This document shows positions 42,406 through 52,940 of a stretch of DNA of 64,000 nt, in pieces. The stretch is from Longimicrobiales bacterium (GTDB lineage: Bacteria; Gemmatimonadota; Gemmatimonadetes; Longimicrobiales; Gaopeijiaceae): assembly GCA_965202805.1 (NCBI GenBank), contig OZ241869.1, positions 704,001 through 768,000 on the forward strand, read 5' to 3'. The notes below the pieces were generated by a model. That model did not search any database. It was not told the origin of the DNA and saw only the letters and a list, made by a program, of their open reading frames with translations. Both the position numbers and the translations under genes were made by a program. Numbering within the stretch: the first letter of the stretch is position 1; each line of letters opens with the position of its first letter.

Positions 42406-43113
42406 TCACGGACCGGGGCGGGCGACTCGGGTGGCAGACGATCCCGTGGAGTTCTCGAGAACCCGCAGGACCCTGCCTGCCGTGTCATGCCATGCCTCCC
42501 AGAGCATCGCTCCGGCACGTATCCGGTAGTGCCGCGCCGATATCGTCTCCGTACCGATGCGCACCGCCCCGGTTCCGGCCAGGGTCACCTCCGCCTCCGT
42601 CTGAAGTCCGTCGCGGGGAACGATGACGGGCACGCGCGAGGGATCGGGGTCGGGTCCGGGCGCCAGAAAGTGAAAGTGATGGGCGACCCCCCGCTCCAGG
42701 ATCCTGGTGCCCGGCGGGGCCCGGTACTCCTTCACCTGTTCCCCGGCATCGGATGTGACGCGCGACTCGAAACGGCTGCCGCGAAGTTCGAAGCCGATCT
42801 GCTGCGCTCCATCGCCCCCGACCTTGTTCTGATAGGCGGACGGCATCCACCCGGTCCCGGTCAGCTCCATGAGGATGTCCATCGTGCTCGGACCGCGGGG
42901 CAGCATGGTGCGAATCTGTCCGGCGGCAATGACGCGAGTCTCGTCCCCGGTCCCCACCTGACGGATCGAGAAGGTCTCGCGTCCGACGACCCGTCCGTTG
43001 ATGGCAACCTCGAATTCGCCCCGGTCCAGGATGGTCACCTGGGCGGCTGCGCGGTGCACGGGAAGGGACCCGGCAAGGGTGAAGAGAAGTACAGGGAAGA
43101 GAATGCGTCGCAC
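42406..43113 (-). CDS. Hypothetical exported beta-rich protein
   Basis: Signal peptide (RRILFPVLLFTLAG..AAAQ), VGRETFSI, and C-terminal WHDTAGRVLRV. Confidence 0.7.
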   Translation of the reverse strand: MRRILFPVLLFTLAGSLPVHRAAAQVTILDRGEFEVAINGRVVGRETFSIRQVGTGDETRVIAAGQIRTMLPRGPSTMDILMELTGTGWMPSAYQNKVGGDGAQQIGFELRGSRFESRVTSDAGEQVKEYRAPPGTRILERGVAHHFHFLAPGPDPDPSRVPVIVPRDGLQTEAEVTLAGTGAVRIGTETISARHYRIRAGAMLWEAWHDTAGRVLRVLENSTGSSATRVARPGP

Positions 43114-43294
43114 GGGCGAAGCCTCGTTCGCGAGTGATCGAAACGACATCCGACTACACCCCAGCAAAGGGACGGATCCTGCGAGCCGGCTCCCGGAAGG
43201 CCCAGATCCGCAGAATCGCGGAGCGCGCGCGGGCCTCCCGCTCCAGCCGCGGGGACCCGGAAGAGGATGCGAAGAGCTTCAGTGACTCCAGGCC

Positions 43295-46200
43295 GTGAAC
43301 GGCGTTTCTTCTTCGCTTAGCAGCCTCCTGCGGGTGGGGGCATGGTCACGCGAGCCCCTCGCTTCGTTAGTGCTGTGGCTCAGCGTGGCGGCGCTCGCAG
43401 TATGGACGCGCTGGTCCGCCCCCGGCTGGCTGTTGGCGAGTGCGCTGGCGGGTTCCCTCGGCGCGCTCCACGCGCTCTCCCGCGCTTCGGGCCGGCATCG
43501 ATGGGTGCTCGCCGCCGCCTTCGCCCTTCTGGCGGGCATGGCGAGCGGGCTCGTCGGCTCGGCGCGGTTCGGCCAGATCGCCGGCGACTGGGACCGTTTC
43601 CGCAGCGGACGCGAGGCCCGGCTGGAAGCGGCTCTGGACGAGCGCTTCGAGGCCCTGATCGACCGCGGGACGGGGGCCGTTGCCCGCGTCGCCTCCCGGG
43701 AGTTCGATGCAGAGTCCCAGGGCTACTGGACGTTTCTGGAAGAGGTACGGCGCGAAGCCGATGTACAGTCGGTTGCCGTATTCGACGCGCGAACCGACCT
43801 CATGGCCTGGGCGGGCAACCACCAGGGGGTGGTGCCGCTCGACGCCCGCTCGGGCTGGGATCGATACGTGTACGGGCAGGGTCCCGTATACACGTACCTG
43901 TACTTTACCGAACGCGTCGGCGTGAGCGGCGCGACCGTGGTGGCCGCCGCGCTCCTGCAGAGCGACATGCCTCCCGATCTCCCGGATGAAGCATCCGCCT
44001 TTGCCACCCGCTTCCAGTCCGATGTCGGAAGGGCGATCCGGATCACGCGCTCCGAACAGGCGGCGGGTCCCGTCATTCGCGACTTCGACTGGCAGGGAAG
44101 GACGCTCTTTTCCATCTCCTTCGAGGAGGTGACGCAGGGAGAAGCCTTCGAGTCGGTTCGGAGGGCATGGAGCCGGGTGGTCGCCGGTCTCGCAGTGACG
44201 GCCTGGTTGCTGCTGCTCATGGGCCTCCGAGGCACGCCACATCACGCGATCCTGGCCGCCGCGACCCTGGCCCTTCTGGCGACAGTCCTTCCATTCGGCG
44301 ATCTGCTGGGTGTTTCCGGTCTGTTTTCGCCGGCAGGCTTCCTCCTTCCCGGAACCACGGAGGGCACGCTCGGCCGTGTGCTGGCGCTCGGGCTGGCGGG
44401 AGCGTTCATCGCGGGACTGTTGCCTCAGGGTTCCCGCGGGCGCGGCGCCCCCGTGGCCGGCGCGGCTCTCGCCGGCATCGGGTTCGCCGCAGTGATCCAC
44501 TGGTTCTCGCTGGCGCCAACGACATCGCAACTGGGCGGAAGGGCGGACTACTGGCTGGTGTACCAGTGCGCCCTGACCTCCGTGCTGGTCATCGTGGCCG
44601 CTCTTGCGCTTCGACTCGCCACCCGGCCCTCGCCGGCGCCGGCGCGACCGTTCCTTGTCGCAGCCGGCCTGCTTCTGGCGCTGGTACTCGGGCTGCTGGT
44701 GAACGGCGTGTCCCTTGGTTCGCCTCCCACGGCCGCGTGGGCGGGTGCTCTGTGGGCGCTCCCGGTAGCCCTCATCGCACTGGGCCTTCGGTCCGCCACG
44801 ACCTGGCGTGGCTCGGTGACCTCGGCGGCCGCCGCCATCGTGCTCGCCGCCAGCGCGGCTCTGCCGTTCACCTGGGGCGGGCGGGTCGCGGCGCAGCTGG
44901 AGGTTGCCGAGGAGCGCCTTTCCACCCTCGGAAACCAGGTGAATCCCTATCTGCAGTTCCTGCTTGAGGGTCTGTCCGAGAAGACCGACTCCCTCTACCG
45001 GATCGGAGCCCGCGGAACCGGACTTCTGTACGACACCTGGCGGGCGAGCGGTCTCGCCCAGGAGGGCGTCGCCGTCTGGATCGACCGCTGGACCCCCGGT
45101 GGATTGCCCAGCGACGCGCTGCGCATGGGCGTTTCCGGTCCCCGACCCGCGATCGTGGACGACTATCTTGACGAAGCCGCTCTGGGAACCACCGTCGTTC
45201 AGCTTCAGTCGGAGGATGTGCACTACCTCGGTCTGGCGGTGCTGCCGGACCGATCGGTAATCACGGTCGCGGTTCCTCCGCGGCGGGGGTTCACCACGGC
45301 TCTCTCGCCGGATGTGCCGTTCGGGAGGGAGCATGCGGACGCGGGAACCGTCACCCTCATGCCGCTCAACGAAGACGACCCGGTTCCGGCGGAGGAGGCC
45401 CCGCTCTGGGAGCGAATCGCCGAGGGATGGCGTGGCGAACAGACCATTCTGTTCCCCGAGGGGTGGTACAACGCCCACTACGAGGTGGAACTCCCCGGCA
45501 GGGCGGTGCTGGTGGCGGGAACCGTGCTCGTCCTGCTGCTCGATCTGCTGATCGTGGCCGGTCTGTGGAGCATCGGCTGGTGGAGCAGCCGGGGGCACCC
45601 GCGCCCGCCGATTCGCCTGGGTCCCGGGGCCGGCCGCAGCTTCCGGGTGCAGGTCACGTTCGCCCTGTTCCTGTTCTTCCTCATCCCCGCCTTCGCGTTT
45701 GCCGCCATCGCCTCCCGCACTCTCGACAGGGCCGTGGTGCGAACGGCCGAGGCGCTGGCCGACCGCGCGGTGGCGGACGCCGCCGAGAGCTTTCTCGCGG
45801 TACAGGGCCAGGTCGGGCTGCTGCCGACCAGTACGGGCACGGTCCTCCTTCTCTATCAGGACGGAGAGCTGATCCGGAGCTCCCGCCCGGCGTTCCTCGA
45901 GCTGGGCGTACAGTACGCGTGGCTGCCCGCGCAGGTTCATCGCTCGCTTGTGGATGGCGACGCGGTGCTGGTGCACAGGACAGTGCGTCGGTGGGGTGGC
46001 GAATACGCGCTCGCCTATCGACGACTTCAGACCGGACAGGTGCTGGCCTCGGCGGCCCCGCTGGACGCCGGCGCGACGGCCTTCGAGCAGAACGATCTGG
46101 TCCTTCTGCTGGCGTTCGCCGTCGTCACCGGGATCGCGCTCTCGCTGGGTCTCGCACTCCTGGTGGGCCGTCGGCTGGCCAACCCGATTCGCACCCTCCG

Positions 46201-47455
46201 CCTGGCGTCGGAGCGAGTGGGGAAGGGCAACCTCGAGGTGCGCTTGCCGGAGACGCGGACCGATGAATTCGGCACCGTATTCCTGGCGTTCAACCGCATG
46301 GTGCAGAGGCTTCATCGGGCGCGCAGCGCACTGGTGCGCACCACCCAGCGCACGCAGGCCATCGTCGAGGAGGCGGCGACCGGGGTGATCGCGCTGGACC
46401 AGGCGGGGACGGTCACCCTGGTCAACCCGCAGGCTCAGGCGCTGCTGGGAGCCTCGGTAGGGCCGGGAGAGCCGCTGCCGGCCACCCCGGGACTTGCGCG
46501 CGATCTGTCGCGCTGGGTGGAGGGCTTCTTCCGCGACGGCAGCGAGGGGGCCGACCACGAATTCGAGCTTCCCGGCACCGCGCTCACATCCACCGCCCCC
46601 GGTTCGCGGGACTCTTCGCGCAGGGTGCGGGTGCGGGCGCGCCGCATCACGCGCGAGGGACCCTCGCGGGGCGTCGTGCTCAGCCTGGAGGACGTGACCG
46701 ACGAGCTGCGCAGCGAGCGCATCGTGGCCTGGGGGCAGATGGCCCGCCAGGTGGCCCACGAGGTCAAGAACCCGCTTACGCCGATCAAGCTCAGCGTCGA
46801 GCATGTCCGCCGGGCCTGGCACGACCGCCGGCGCGACTTCTCGGCGATTCTGGAACGCAACGTCGAGTCGATCCTTCGGGAGATCGACCGGCTCGCCGAG
46901 ATCGCCCGCAGCTTCTCACGGTACGGCTCCCCGAGGAAGGCGAGCGAACTCCCCCTGGAAGGCGTGCGCCTCAACGTGGCCGTGGAGGAGATCCTCGCGC
47001 TCTACCAGAGCGACGAGCAGGGAATCGTCATCCACACCGATCTCCCGGCCGGCCTTCCCCCGGTCCGTGCCCGGGAATCCGAGTTCAAGGAGGTCCTGAT
47101 CAACCTGCTCGAGAACGCGAGGGAAGCCGTCAAGCCCAGCGGCCGCGTCCACATCGGAGCCTCCGGCGGGGACCGGAGCGTGCGCCTTCAGGTCAGCGAC
47201 GACGGCCGCGGCATCGAACCGGAGCTGTTGGGACGCATTTTCGAACCGAGGTTCTCCACCAGCTCCACCGGCACGGGTCTCGGCCTCGCGATCGTGCAGC
47301 GACTGGTCCGTTCCTGGGGCGGCCGGGTATGGGCCGAAAGCACGCCCGGGGTCGGCACGACCATGTCCATTCGTTTCGTGGCATGGGCGCCCGCGCCGGG
47401 CACGCTGGTCTCCGCGGCCGGCACTGGACGGGCGGTGCCCGACCCGCAAGATTAA
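43295..47455 (+). CDS. Very large multi-TM sensor histidine kinase (HAMP-PAS-HisKA-HATPase; NtrY-like C-terminus)
   Basis: H-box MARQVAHEVKNPLTP, N-box NLLENA, DDGRG, FEPRFST and GTGLGL, with more than 10 hydrophobic helices. Confidence 0.9.
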   Translation: MNGVSSSLSSLLRVGAWSREPLASLVLWLSVAALAVWTRWSAPGWLLASALAGSLGALHALSRASGRHRWVLAAAFALLAGMASGLVGSARFGQIAGDWDRFRSGREARLEAALDERFEALIDRGTGAVARVASREFDAESQGYWTFLEEVRREADVQSVAVFDARTDLMAWAGNHQGVVPLDARSGWDRYVYGQGPVYTYLYFTERVGVSGATVVAAALLQSDMPPDLPDEASAFATRFQSDVGRAIRITRSEQAAGPVIRDFDWQGRTLFSISFEEVTQGEAFESVRRAWSRVVAGLAVTAWLLLLMGLRGTPHHAILAAATLALLATVLPFGDLLGVSGLFSPAGFLLPGTTEGTLGRVLALGLAGAFIAGLLPQGSRGRGAPVAGAALAGIGFAAVIHWFSLAPTTSQLGGRADYWLVYQCALTSVLVIVAALALRLATRPSPAPARPFLVAAGLLLALVLGLLVNGVSLGSPPTAAWAGALWALPVALIALGLRSATTWRGSVTSAAAAIVLAASAALPFTWGGRVAAQLEVAEERLSTLGNQVNPYLQFLLEGLSEKTDSLYRIGARGTGLLYDTWRASGLAQEGVAVWIDRWTPGGLPSDALRMGVSGPRPAIVDDYLDEAALGTTVVQLQSEDVHYLGLAVLPDRSVITVAVPPRRGFTTALSPDVPFGREHADAGTVTLMPLNEDDPVPAEEAPLWERIAEGWRGEQTILFPEGWYNAHYEVELPGRAVLVAGTVLVLLLDLLIVAGLWSIGWWSSRGHPRPPIRLGPGAGRSFRVQVTFALFLFFLIPAFAFAAIASRTLDRAVVRTAEALADRAVADAAESFLAVQGQVGLLPTSTGTVLLLYQDGELIRSSRPAFLELGVQYAWLPAQVHRSLVDGDAVLVHRTVRRWGGEYALAYRRLQTGQVLASAAPLDAGATAFEQNDLVLLLAFAVVTGIALSLGLALLVGRRLANPIRTLRLASERVGKGNLEVRLPETRTDEFGTVFLAFNRMVQRLHRARSALVRTTQRTQAIVEEAATGVIALDQAGTVTLVNPQAQALLGASVGPGEPLPATPGLARDLSRWVEGFFRDGSEGADHEFELPGTALTSTAPGSRDSSRRVRVRARRITREGPSRGVVLSLEDVTDELRSERIVAWGQMARQVAHEVKNPLTPIKLSVEHVRRAWHDRRRDFSAILERNVESILREIDRLAEIARSFSRYGSPRKASELPLEGVRLNVAVEEILALYQSDEQGIVIHTDLPAGLPPVRARESEFKEVLINLLENAREAVKPSGRVHIGASGGDRSVRLQVSDDGRGIEPELLGRIFEPRFSTSSTGTGLGLAIVQRLVRSWGGRVWAESTPGVGTTMSIRFVAWAPAPGTLVSAAGTGRAVPDPQD

Positions 47456-47618
47456 GTACGGACCGGCCCGGAGTTGGCCAGGTCCGCGACCACGGCCTGC
47501 ACATCACCCCGATCCCCGGCACATCATCCCCACCCGAGATTCCGCCGCCGACATATTCCATCCCCCCGGGCAGTCCCCGGGGACCGGACCCTCGCTCGCA
47601 CAGCTCGACCCCGGCGAA

Positions 47619-48155
47619 ATGCAGGCCTGGGTGGCGGCCAGGAGCGAGAAGATCGTCGCCCGCTGGCTGTCCGAGGTCACCAAGAGGCTCGAACGGCGAC
47701 CGCGACAGCTGGTCGACCTGCTCGGAGACTTCTACCGGACCTTCGTCGGAATCCTGCCCGAGATCCTGGGGCCGTACCGCCGCCGGGTGCGGCCGGTCTG
47801 GCAGGAAGCCGCGAACCTGTACGGCCAACTCGCGGCCGAGCGCGGGCTGGTGGCGGGTGAGGTCATCGAGGAGTTTCAGGTTCTTCGGGTGTCCCTCATC
47901 CGCGTCCTCTACGCGGAGCCGCTCATGCCACCGGATGTCGTGCCGGGGATGCGGGAGGTGCTGCGCCTCAACCGGCTCGTGGACCAGGGCGTCACGCACG
48001 CCTCCATAGGGTACACCGACAGCCTGGTTTCCGCGCTGGTGGCCGGTCCGGGTGTTCCGGAATCGGTGACCGAGGAACTGCTCACCCGGGTCGCGGAGCA
48101 ACTCCACGCGATCCGGAGCGAATTCCGCGACATAGTGGGAAGCGGCGGCGGCTGA
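47619..48155 (+). CDS. Hypothetical all-helical protein (RsbRD N-terminal/globin-like sensor resemblance)
   Basis: Pattern IVARWL...LYGQLAAERGL...EVIEEFQVLR...LNRLVD. Same strand as its neighbours. Confidence 0.6.
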   Translation: MQAWVAARSEKIVARWLSEVTKRLERRPRQLVDLLGDFYRTFVGILPEILGPYRRRVRPVWQEAANLYGQLAAERGLVAGEVIEEFQVLRVSLIRVLYAEPLMPPDVVPGMREVLRLNRLVDQGVTHASIGYTDSLVSALVAGPGVPESVTEELLTRVAEQLHAIRSEFRDIVGSGGG

Positions 48156-48159
48156 GTCC

Positions 48160-49626
48160 ATGCGACCATCCGACGCCGGCCTCCCGGCCCCCCCTGGTGC
48201 GGGTCCGCGGGACATGCCTCCCGAGGAGTTCCTGGTCCACGGCCGGAAGATCCTCGAATGGATCTCGGAGTACCTTGGCTCGGACGGACGATATCCGGTT
48301 CTGGCCCGGGTGCGCCCGGGCGAAGTGCGCTCCTCTCTGGCGCCCTCGCCACCCCGGGAGGGCGAGAGCTTCGAACATATCCTGCGCGACTTCGAGGAGC
48401 GGGTGGTGCCGGGCCTCACGCACTGGAATCATCCGGGCTTCCTCGCGTACTTCGCCAACACGGCTTCGTCACCGGCCATACTCGGCGACCTGCTGGCCAC
48501 GGCCGTCAACGCGAACGCCATGATCTGGAGGACGTCTCCGGCCGCAACCGAGGTGGAAGGCCTGACGGCGGACTGGCTCAGGCAGCTGCTCGGCCTGCCC
48601 GCGGAATTCGCGGGATTCATCAACGACACGGCTTCGCACAACTCCCTGTACGCGCTCGCGGCCGCCCGCGCCCGGGCGTTTCCGGAAGCGGGCGAGCAGG
48701 GGCTTCACTCGCTGCCGGCGGGCAGGGTCTACGCCTCGGAGCACGTCCATTCCTCCATCGACAAGGCCGTCGTCACCCTCGGTCTGGGCCGCCGGGGCGT
48801 GCGCCATCTTCCCGCCGACCGCGGCTACCGGATGAAGCCGAGGGCCCTGCGCGCCGCGATCGAGGAAGACCTGGCCGCGAGGGTGCGTCCGGTGGCGGTG
48901 GTGGCCGTAGCCGGCACAACCTCTACCGCGAGCATCGATCCCCTGCCGGAGATCGCCGACATTTGCCGGGAGCACGGGATCTGGATGCACGTCGACGCCG
49001 CCTACGCGGGCGTGGCGGCCATCGTTCGGGAGCTGCGCCCGCTCCTGGCCGGGTGGGAGCGCGCCGACTCCATCGTGCTCAATGCGCACAAGTGGCTCTT
49101 CACGCCGATGGACTGTGCGCTCCTCTACTGCCGGCGTCCCGAGGCTCTCGCAGACGCGTTTTCCCTGGTCCCCCCGTACCTGCGCACGCGCGATGCGGAC
49201 GAGGCGCGCGACCTGATGAACTACGGCGTGGCGCTCGGGCGCAGCTTCCGTGCCCTCAAGCTTTTTTTCGTTCTGCGCTACTTCGGTGGCCGGGGGCTTG
49301 CGGACCGGCTGCGCGAACATTGTCGCCTGGCGCGCCGGTTCGCGGGGTGGGTGCAGGCTTCGGACCGGTGGCAACTGATGAGTTCGACGCTGCTGGGCCT
49401 GGTCGTCTTTCGGTACCGCGACCCGGAGATGGGACCCGACCGGACCAACAGGGCCAACGAGCGCATCCTCGACGCGGTCAACGCCTCGGGGGACGTGTTC
49501 CTGTCGCAGACGGTCCTTGATGGGCGCTACGTTCTCCGGCTTTCCGTCGGCAACCTGCGTACCCGGCGCGAACATGTGGAACTGGCGTGGCGAAGGCTCG
49601 AGCAGGAGGCAGCGCGGTTGAAGTAG
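48160..49626 (+). CDS. Group II PLP-dependent decarboxylase (aromatic-L-amino-acid decarboxylase-like)
   Basis: Motifs PGLTHWNHPGFLAYF, SPAATEVE, HSSIDKA, HVDAAYAG, NAHKW (PLP Lys) and GRSFRALK. Confidence 0.9.
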   Translation: MRPSDAGLPAPPGAGPRDMPPEEFLVHGRKILEWISEYLGSDGRYPVLARVRPGEVRSSLAPSPPREGESFEHILRDFEERVVPGLTHWNHPGFLAYFANTASSPAILGDLLATAVNANAMIWRTSPAATEVEGLTADWLRQLLGLPAEFAGFINDTASHNSLYALAAARARAFPEAGEQGLHSLPAGRVYASEHVHSSIDKAVVTLGLGRRGVRHLPADRGYRMKPRALRAAIEEDLAARVRPVAVVAVAGTTSTASIDPLPEIADICREHGIWMHVDAAYAGVAAIVRELRPLLAGWERADSIVLNAHKWLFTPMDCALLYCRRPEALADAFSLVPPYLRTRDADEARDLMNYGVALGRSFRALKLFFVLRYFGGRGLADRLREHCRLARRFAGWVQASDRWQLMSSTLLGLVVFRYRDPEMGPDRTNRANERILDAVNASGDVFLSQTVLDGRYVLRLSVGNLRTRREHVELAWRRLEQEAARLK

Positions 49627-49774
49627 AGACCGTCCTGCGGCGCCACCCGCGCGCCCGTTGCGGCCATCTCGCGGGCTCGTTATCTAATGGGGGGTTTTTC
49701 CCGGGGGGACGCCGTCGGGACGGGTCTCCGGACCCGTAGAACGGGCACATTCTGACATTCCAGCGGAGAGGCGG

Positions 49775-50923
49775 ATGAAGGTCTGCGTATTGCGGGAGAG
49801 CCGCGCGGGAGAGCGCCGGGTGGCGCTGGTTCCCGCCGAAGTCGCCGCGTTGGCGAAGGTGGGCGTCGAGGTGGCGGTGGAAGCCGGTGCGGGGGAGGAG
49901 GCCTCCTTCCTCGACGACGCCTTCCGCGAGGCGGGCGCGTCGGTGTGCGAGAGTGCCGCCCAGGCGCTGGAAGGCAGCGACGTGGTCGTGAAGATCAACC
50001 CGCCTTCCACCGGCGCCAACGGTAGCGCCGACGAAATCGCCGACCTGCCCGAAGGCATCGTGCTCATCTCGTTCGTCTCCCCGGTAGCGAACCTCGAGCT
50101 TGTACGCCGACTGGCGGACGCCCGCGTTACGACGCTGGCCATGGACCAGGTGCCCCGCATCACGCGGGCCCAGAAGATGGACGCGCTCTCCTCCCAGGCC
50201 ACCGTGGCCGGGTATCGCGCCTCGCTGCTCGCGGCGACCCATCTGAGCAGGTTCCTGCCCATGTTCATGACCGCGGCGGGCACCATACCCCCCGGCAAGG
50301 TCCTGATTCTCGGCGCCGGCGTGGCCGGACTCCAGGCGATCGCGACCGCTCGCCGTCTGGGCGCCGTGGTCGAAGCCTTCGACATTCGCCCCGCGGTCAA
50401 GGAGCAGGTCCAGAGCCTGGGCGCCAGGTTCCTCGAGGCAGAGCTGGACGAGTCCGCCGAGGACGAGGGCGGCTACGCGCGGGCGCTGTCGGAGGAAAAG
50501 CACCAGCAGGAACTCGAGCTCATCGGAGGGCGGCTGCCCGACACGGACGCGGTCATCACCACCGCCAACATCCCCGGCGCGCGGGCGCCGGTGCTGATCA
50601 CCGCAGGCATGGTGGCGACCATGCGTCCCGGATCGGTAATCGTCGATCTTGCGGGCGAATCGGGTGGAAACTGCGAGCTGAGCGAGTACGGCAGGGTCGT
50701 GGTCCACGACGGGGTAATCATCGTCGCCCCGGAGAATCTCCCCAGCGAGCTGCCCACCCACGCCAGCCAGATGTACGCGCGCAACGTGACCTCCTTCCTC
50801 CAGGACATCGTCGAGGACGGGGAGCTCAAGCTCGACTTCGACGACGAAGTGGTCTCGGGCTCGTGCGTGACGCACGAAGGCGAGGTCGTACATGCCCGCA
50901 CTCTGGAGCGCCTGTCGAGTTGA
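49775..50923 (+). CDS. pntA: NAD(P) transhydrogenase alpha subunit, part 1 (domain I)
   Basis: Motifs ERRVALVP, RITRAQKMDALSS, GAGVAGLQAI and VDLAGESGGNC. Confidence 0.94.
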   Translation: MKVCVLRESRAGERRVALVPAEVAALAKVGVEVAVEAGAGEEASFLDDAFREAGASVCESAAQALEGSDVVVKINPPSTGANGSADEIADLPEGIVLISFVSPVANLELVRRLADARVTTLAMDQVPRITRAQKMDALSSQATVAGYRASLLAATHLSRFLPMFMTAAGTIPPGKVLILGAGVAGLQAIATARRLGAVVEAFDIRPAVKEQVQSLGARFLEAELDESAEDEGGYARALSEEKHQQELELIGGRLPDTDAVITTANIPGARAPVLITAGMVATMRPGSVIVDLAGESGGNCELSEYGRVVVHDGVIIVAPENLPSELPTHASQMYARNVTSFLQDIVEDGELKLDFDDEVVSGSCVTHEGEVVHARTLERLSS

Positions 50924-51052
50924 CCGCGACCACGGCCGTAGCCAGCCGGACTCCCCGGCCGACGGTGGCCCGCCTCCTGGCCGACCGCACGCCCGGTTCG
51001 GCCGCGGCGGCCACCTCCGAACTCCCGGAACCCCCAACCCAGCGGAGAAACC

Positions 51053-51340
51053 ATGGGTGAGTTGATGATCGGTCTCTATGTTTTCGTCCTGGCCGTAATG
51101 GTCGGATTCGAAGTCATCACCAAGGTGCCGCCGACGCTGCACACGCCGCTCATGTCGGGAGCCAACGCGATCTCCGGAATCGCCGTTGTCGGCGCCCTGG
51201 TGGTCGCGGCCCGCGCCGACGATACCACTGCGGCCGTACTCGGCGTGGCGGCGATCGTCATGGCCATGGTCAACGTCGTGGGCGGTTTCATGGTCACCGA
51301 CCGCATGCTGGAGATGTTCAAGCCGGGCCGGAAGAAGTAG
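51053..51340 (+). CDS. pntA: NAD(P) transhydrogenase alpha subunit, part 2
   Basis: Motifs VPPTLHTPLMSGANAISG and GGFMVTDRMLEMF. Confidence 0.94.
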   Translation: MGELMIGLYVFVLAVMVGFEVITKVPPTLHTPLMSGANAISGIAVVGALVVAARADDTTAAVLGVAAIVMAMVNVVGGFMVTDRMLEMFKPGRKK

Positions 51341-51413
51341 CGCCGGGCCGCGGCTCGTGCCGGCATTGTTCTCCACCATCCCGCATGAATACCCGGATTA
51401 CTGAGGAGTCACG

Positions 51414-52799
51414 GTGAATCCCGATACCCTGATGCAACTCGTCTATCTTCTCTCGGCCACGCTCTTCGTGTTCGGGCTCAAGCGCCTCGGCTCGCCCGCC
51501 ACCGCCCGGCAGGGGAACCGGCTGGCCGCGCTCGCCATGCTGGTCGCCATCGTCGCGACCCTGGTCGAGCAGGACATCCTGAGCTGGCAGCTCATCGGCC
51601 TCGGGATCATCCTGGGATCGCTGATCGGCGCCTTCCTGGCACGCTCCGTCAAGATGACCGACATGCCGCAGCTGGTCGGGGTCTTCAACGGTCTCGGCGG
51701 CGGTGCCTCGGGAGTGGTGGCGGCAGCCGAGTTCTTCCGTCTGGGCGGAGGCGACCTCGGCATGGAGGCCGGGATCACCATCCTCCTGTCGACCCTGATC
51801 GGGACCGTGACGCTGTCGGGCAGCTTCATCGCCTTCGGCAAGCTGCAGCGCTTCATTTCCGGGGCGCCGCTCACGTTCCCCTTCTCCAGAACCCTGAATG
51901 CCGCGCTCTTCGCCGCGATTCTGGTCATCGCCGCAATGCAGGTAACGGGCGAGGCCACTGTCACGATGTACCTGGTGCTCACCGGGCTCGCCCTCGCGCT
52001 GGGGATCCTGCTGGTCACGCCCATCGGCGGCGCCGACATGCCGGTGGTCATCTCGCTCCTGAACTCGTACTCGGGGCTTGCGGCTTCCGCGGCCGGGTTC
52101 GTGCTCGGCAACATGATCCTGATCATCTCCGGAGCGCTGGTGGGCGCGGCCGGCCTGATCCTCACCAACCTCATGTGCAAGGCGATGAACCGGTCGCTCG
52201 CCAACGTCGCCTTCGGTGCGTTCGGCGCGGCCGATTCCACCGGCGCCCAGGTCACGGCGGGCGAGGGCAAGACCGTGCGGGACGTGGATGCCGAACAGGC
52301 GGCCATGGTGCTCGCCTACGCCCAGTCCGTGATCGTGGTCCCGGGCTACGGGCTCGCGGTCGCCCAGGCGCAGCACGACATTCGCAAGCTCTCCGACCTG
52401 CTCCAGGAGCGCGGCGTGGAGGTCAAGTTCGCCATCCATCCGGTGGCGGGCCGCATGCCGGGTCACATGAACGTGCTCCTGGCCGAGGCCGACGTGCCCT
52501 ACACCCAGCTCTTCGACCTCGACGAGATCAACGACGAGTTCAGGACCACGGACGTGGCGCTGATCGTGGGAGCCAACGACGTAGTCAACCCCGATGCCCG
52601 AAATCCGGACTCGGTCATCGCCGGCATGCCCATCCTGGACGTGGACGAAGCGCGCAGCGTCATCGTCATGAAGAGGAGCCTCAGTCCGGGGTTCGCCGGG
52701 ATCGACAACCCCCTGTTCTATCTCGACCGCACGATGATGTTCTTCGGCGATGCCAAGGGCTCGATGGTGGACCTGGTGCGCGAGACCAAGGAGGTCTAG
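51414..52799 (+). CDS. pntB: NAD(P) transhydrogenase beta subunit
   Basis: Motifs IGGADMPVVISLLNSYSG, VPGYGLAVAQAQ and HPVAGRMPGHMNVLLAEA. Confidence 0.96.
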   Translation: MNPDTLMQLVYLLSATLFVFGLKRLGSPATARQGNRLAALAMLVAIVATLVEQDILSWQLIGLGIILGSLIGAFLARSVKMTDMPQLVGVFNGLGGGASGVVAAAEFFRLGGGDLGMEAGITILLSTLIGTVTLSGSFIAFGKLQRFISGAPLTFPFSRTLNAALFAAILVIAAMQVTGEATVTMYLVLTGLALALGILLVTPIGGADMPVVISLLNSYSGLAASAAGFVLGNMILIISGALVGAAGLILTNLMCKAMNRSLANVAFGAFGAADSTGAQVTAGEGKTVRDVDAEQAAMVLAYAQSVIVVPGYGLAVAQAQHDIRKLSDLLQERGVEVKFAIHPVAGRMPGHMNVLLAEADVPYTQLFDLDEINDEFRTTDVALIVGANDVVNPDARNPDSVIAGMPILDVDEARSVIVMKRSLSPGFAGIDNPLFYLDRTMMFFGDAKGSMVDLVRETKEV

Positions 52800-52940
52800 C
52801 AGCGCCCCGGGGGAACCGCCCGTCGGCCAACCCGCGCAGTGCGTCCGGTGTCTGGCACGATGCATGCAGCCTATGGCTGCCGTGCCCTCCGGGACCATCC
52901 CTCGGTGAGGCACCGGTCCCCGGTACTCGGAGGTGGGCAC

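Noticed and set aside
43367..46822. Long antisense and alternate-frame ORFs (e.g. 43367-46822, 3124-5337, 14993-17251, 38532-40763, 51318-53525)
   Set aside because: They are shadows of real genes in high-GC DNA, with Arg/Gly/Pro-rich composition and no recognisable motifs.
49710..49745. Hairpin ACGGGTC-TCCG-GACCCGT upstream of pntA as a Rex operator or terminator
   Set aside because: It does not match the Rex consensus TTGTGAA-N4-TTCACAA, has no U-tract, and short GC stems arise by chance here.
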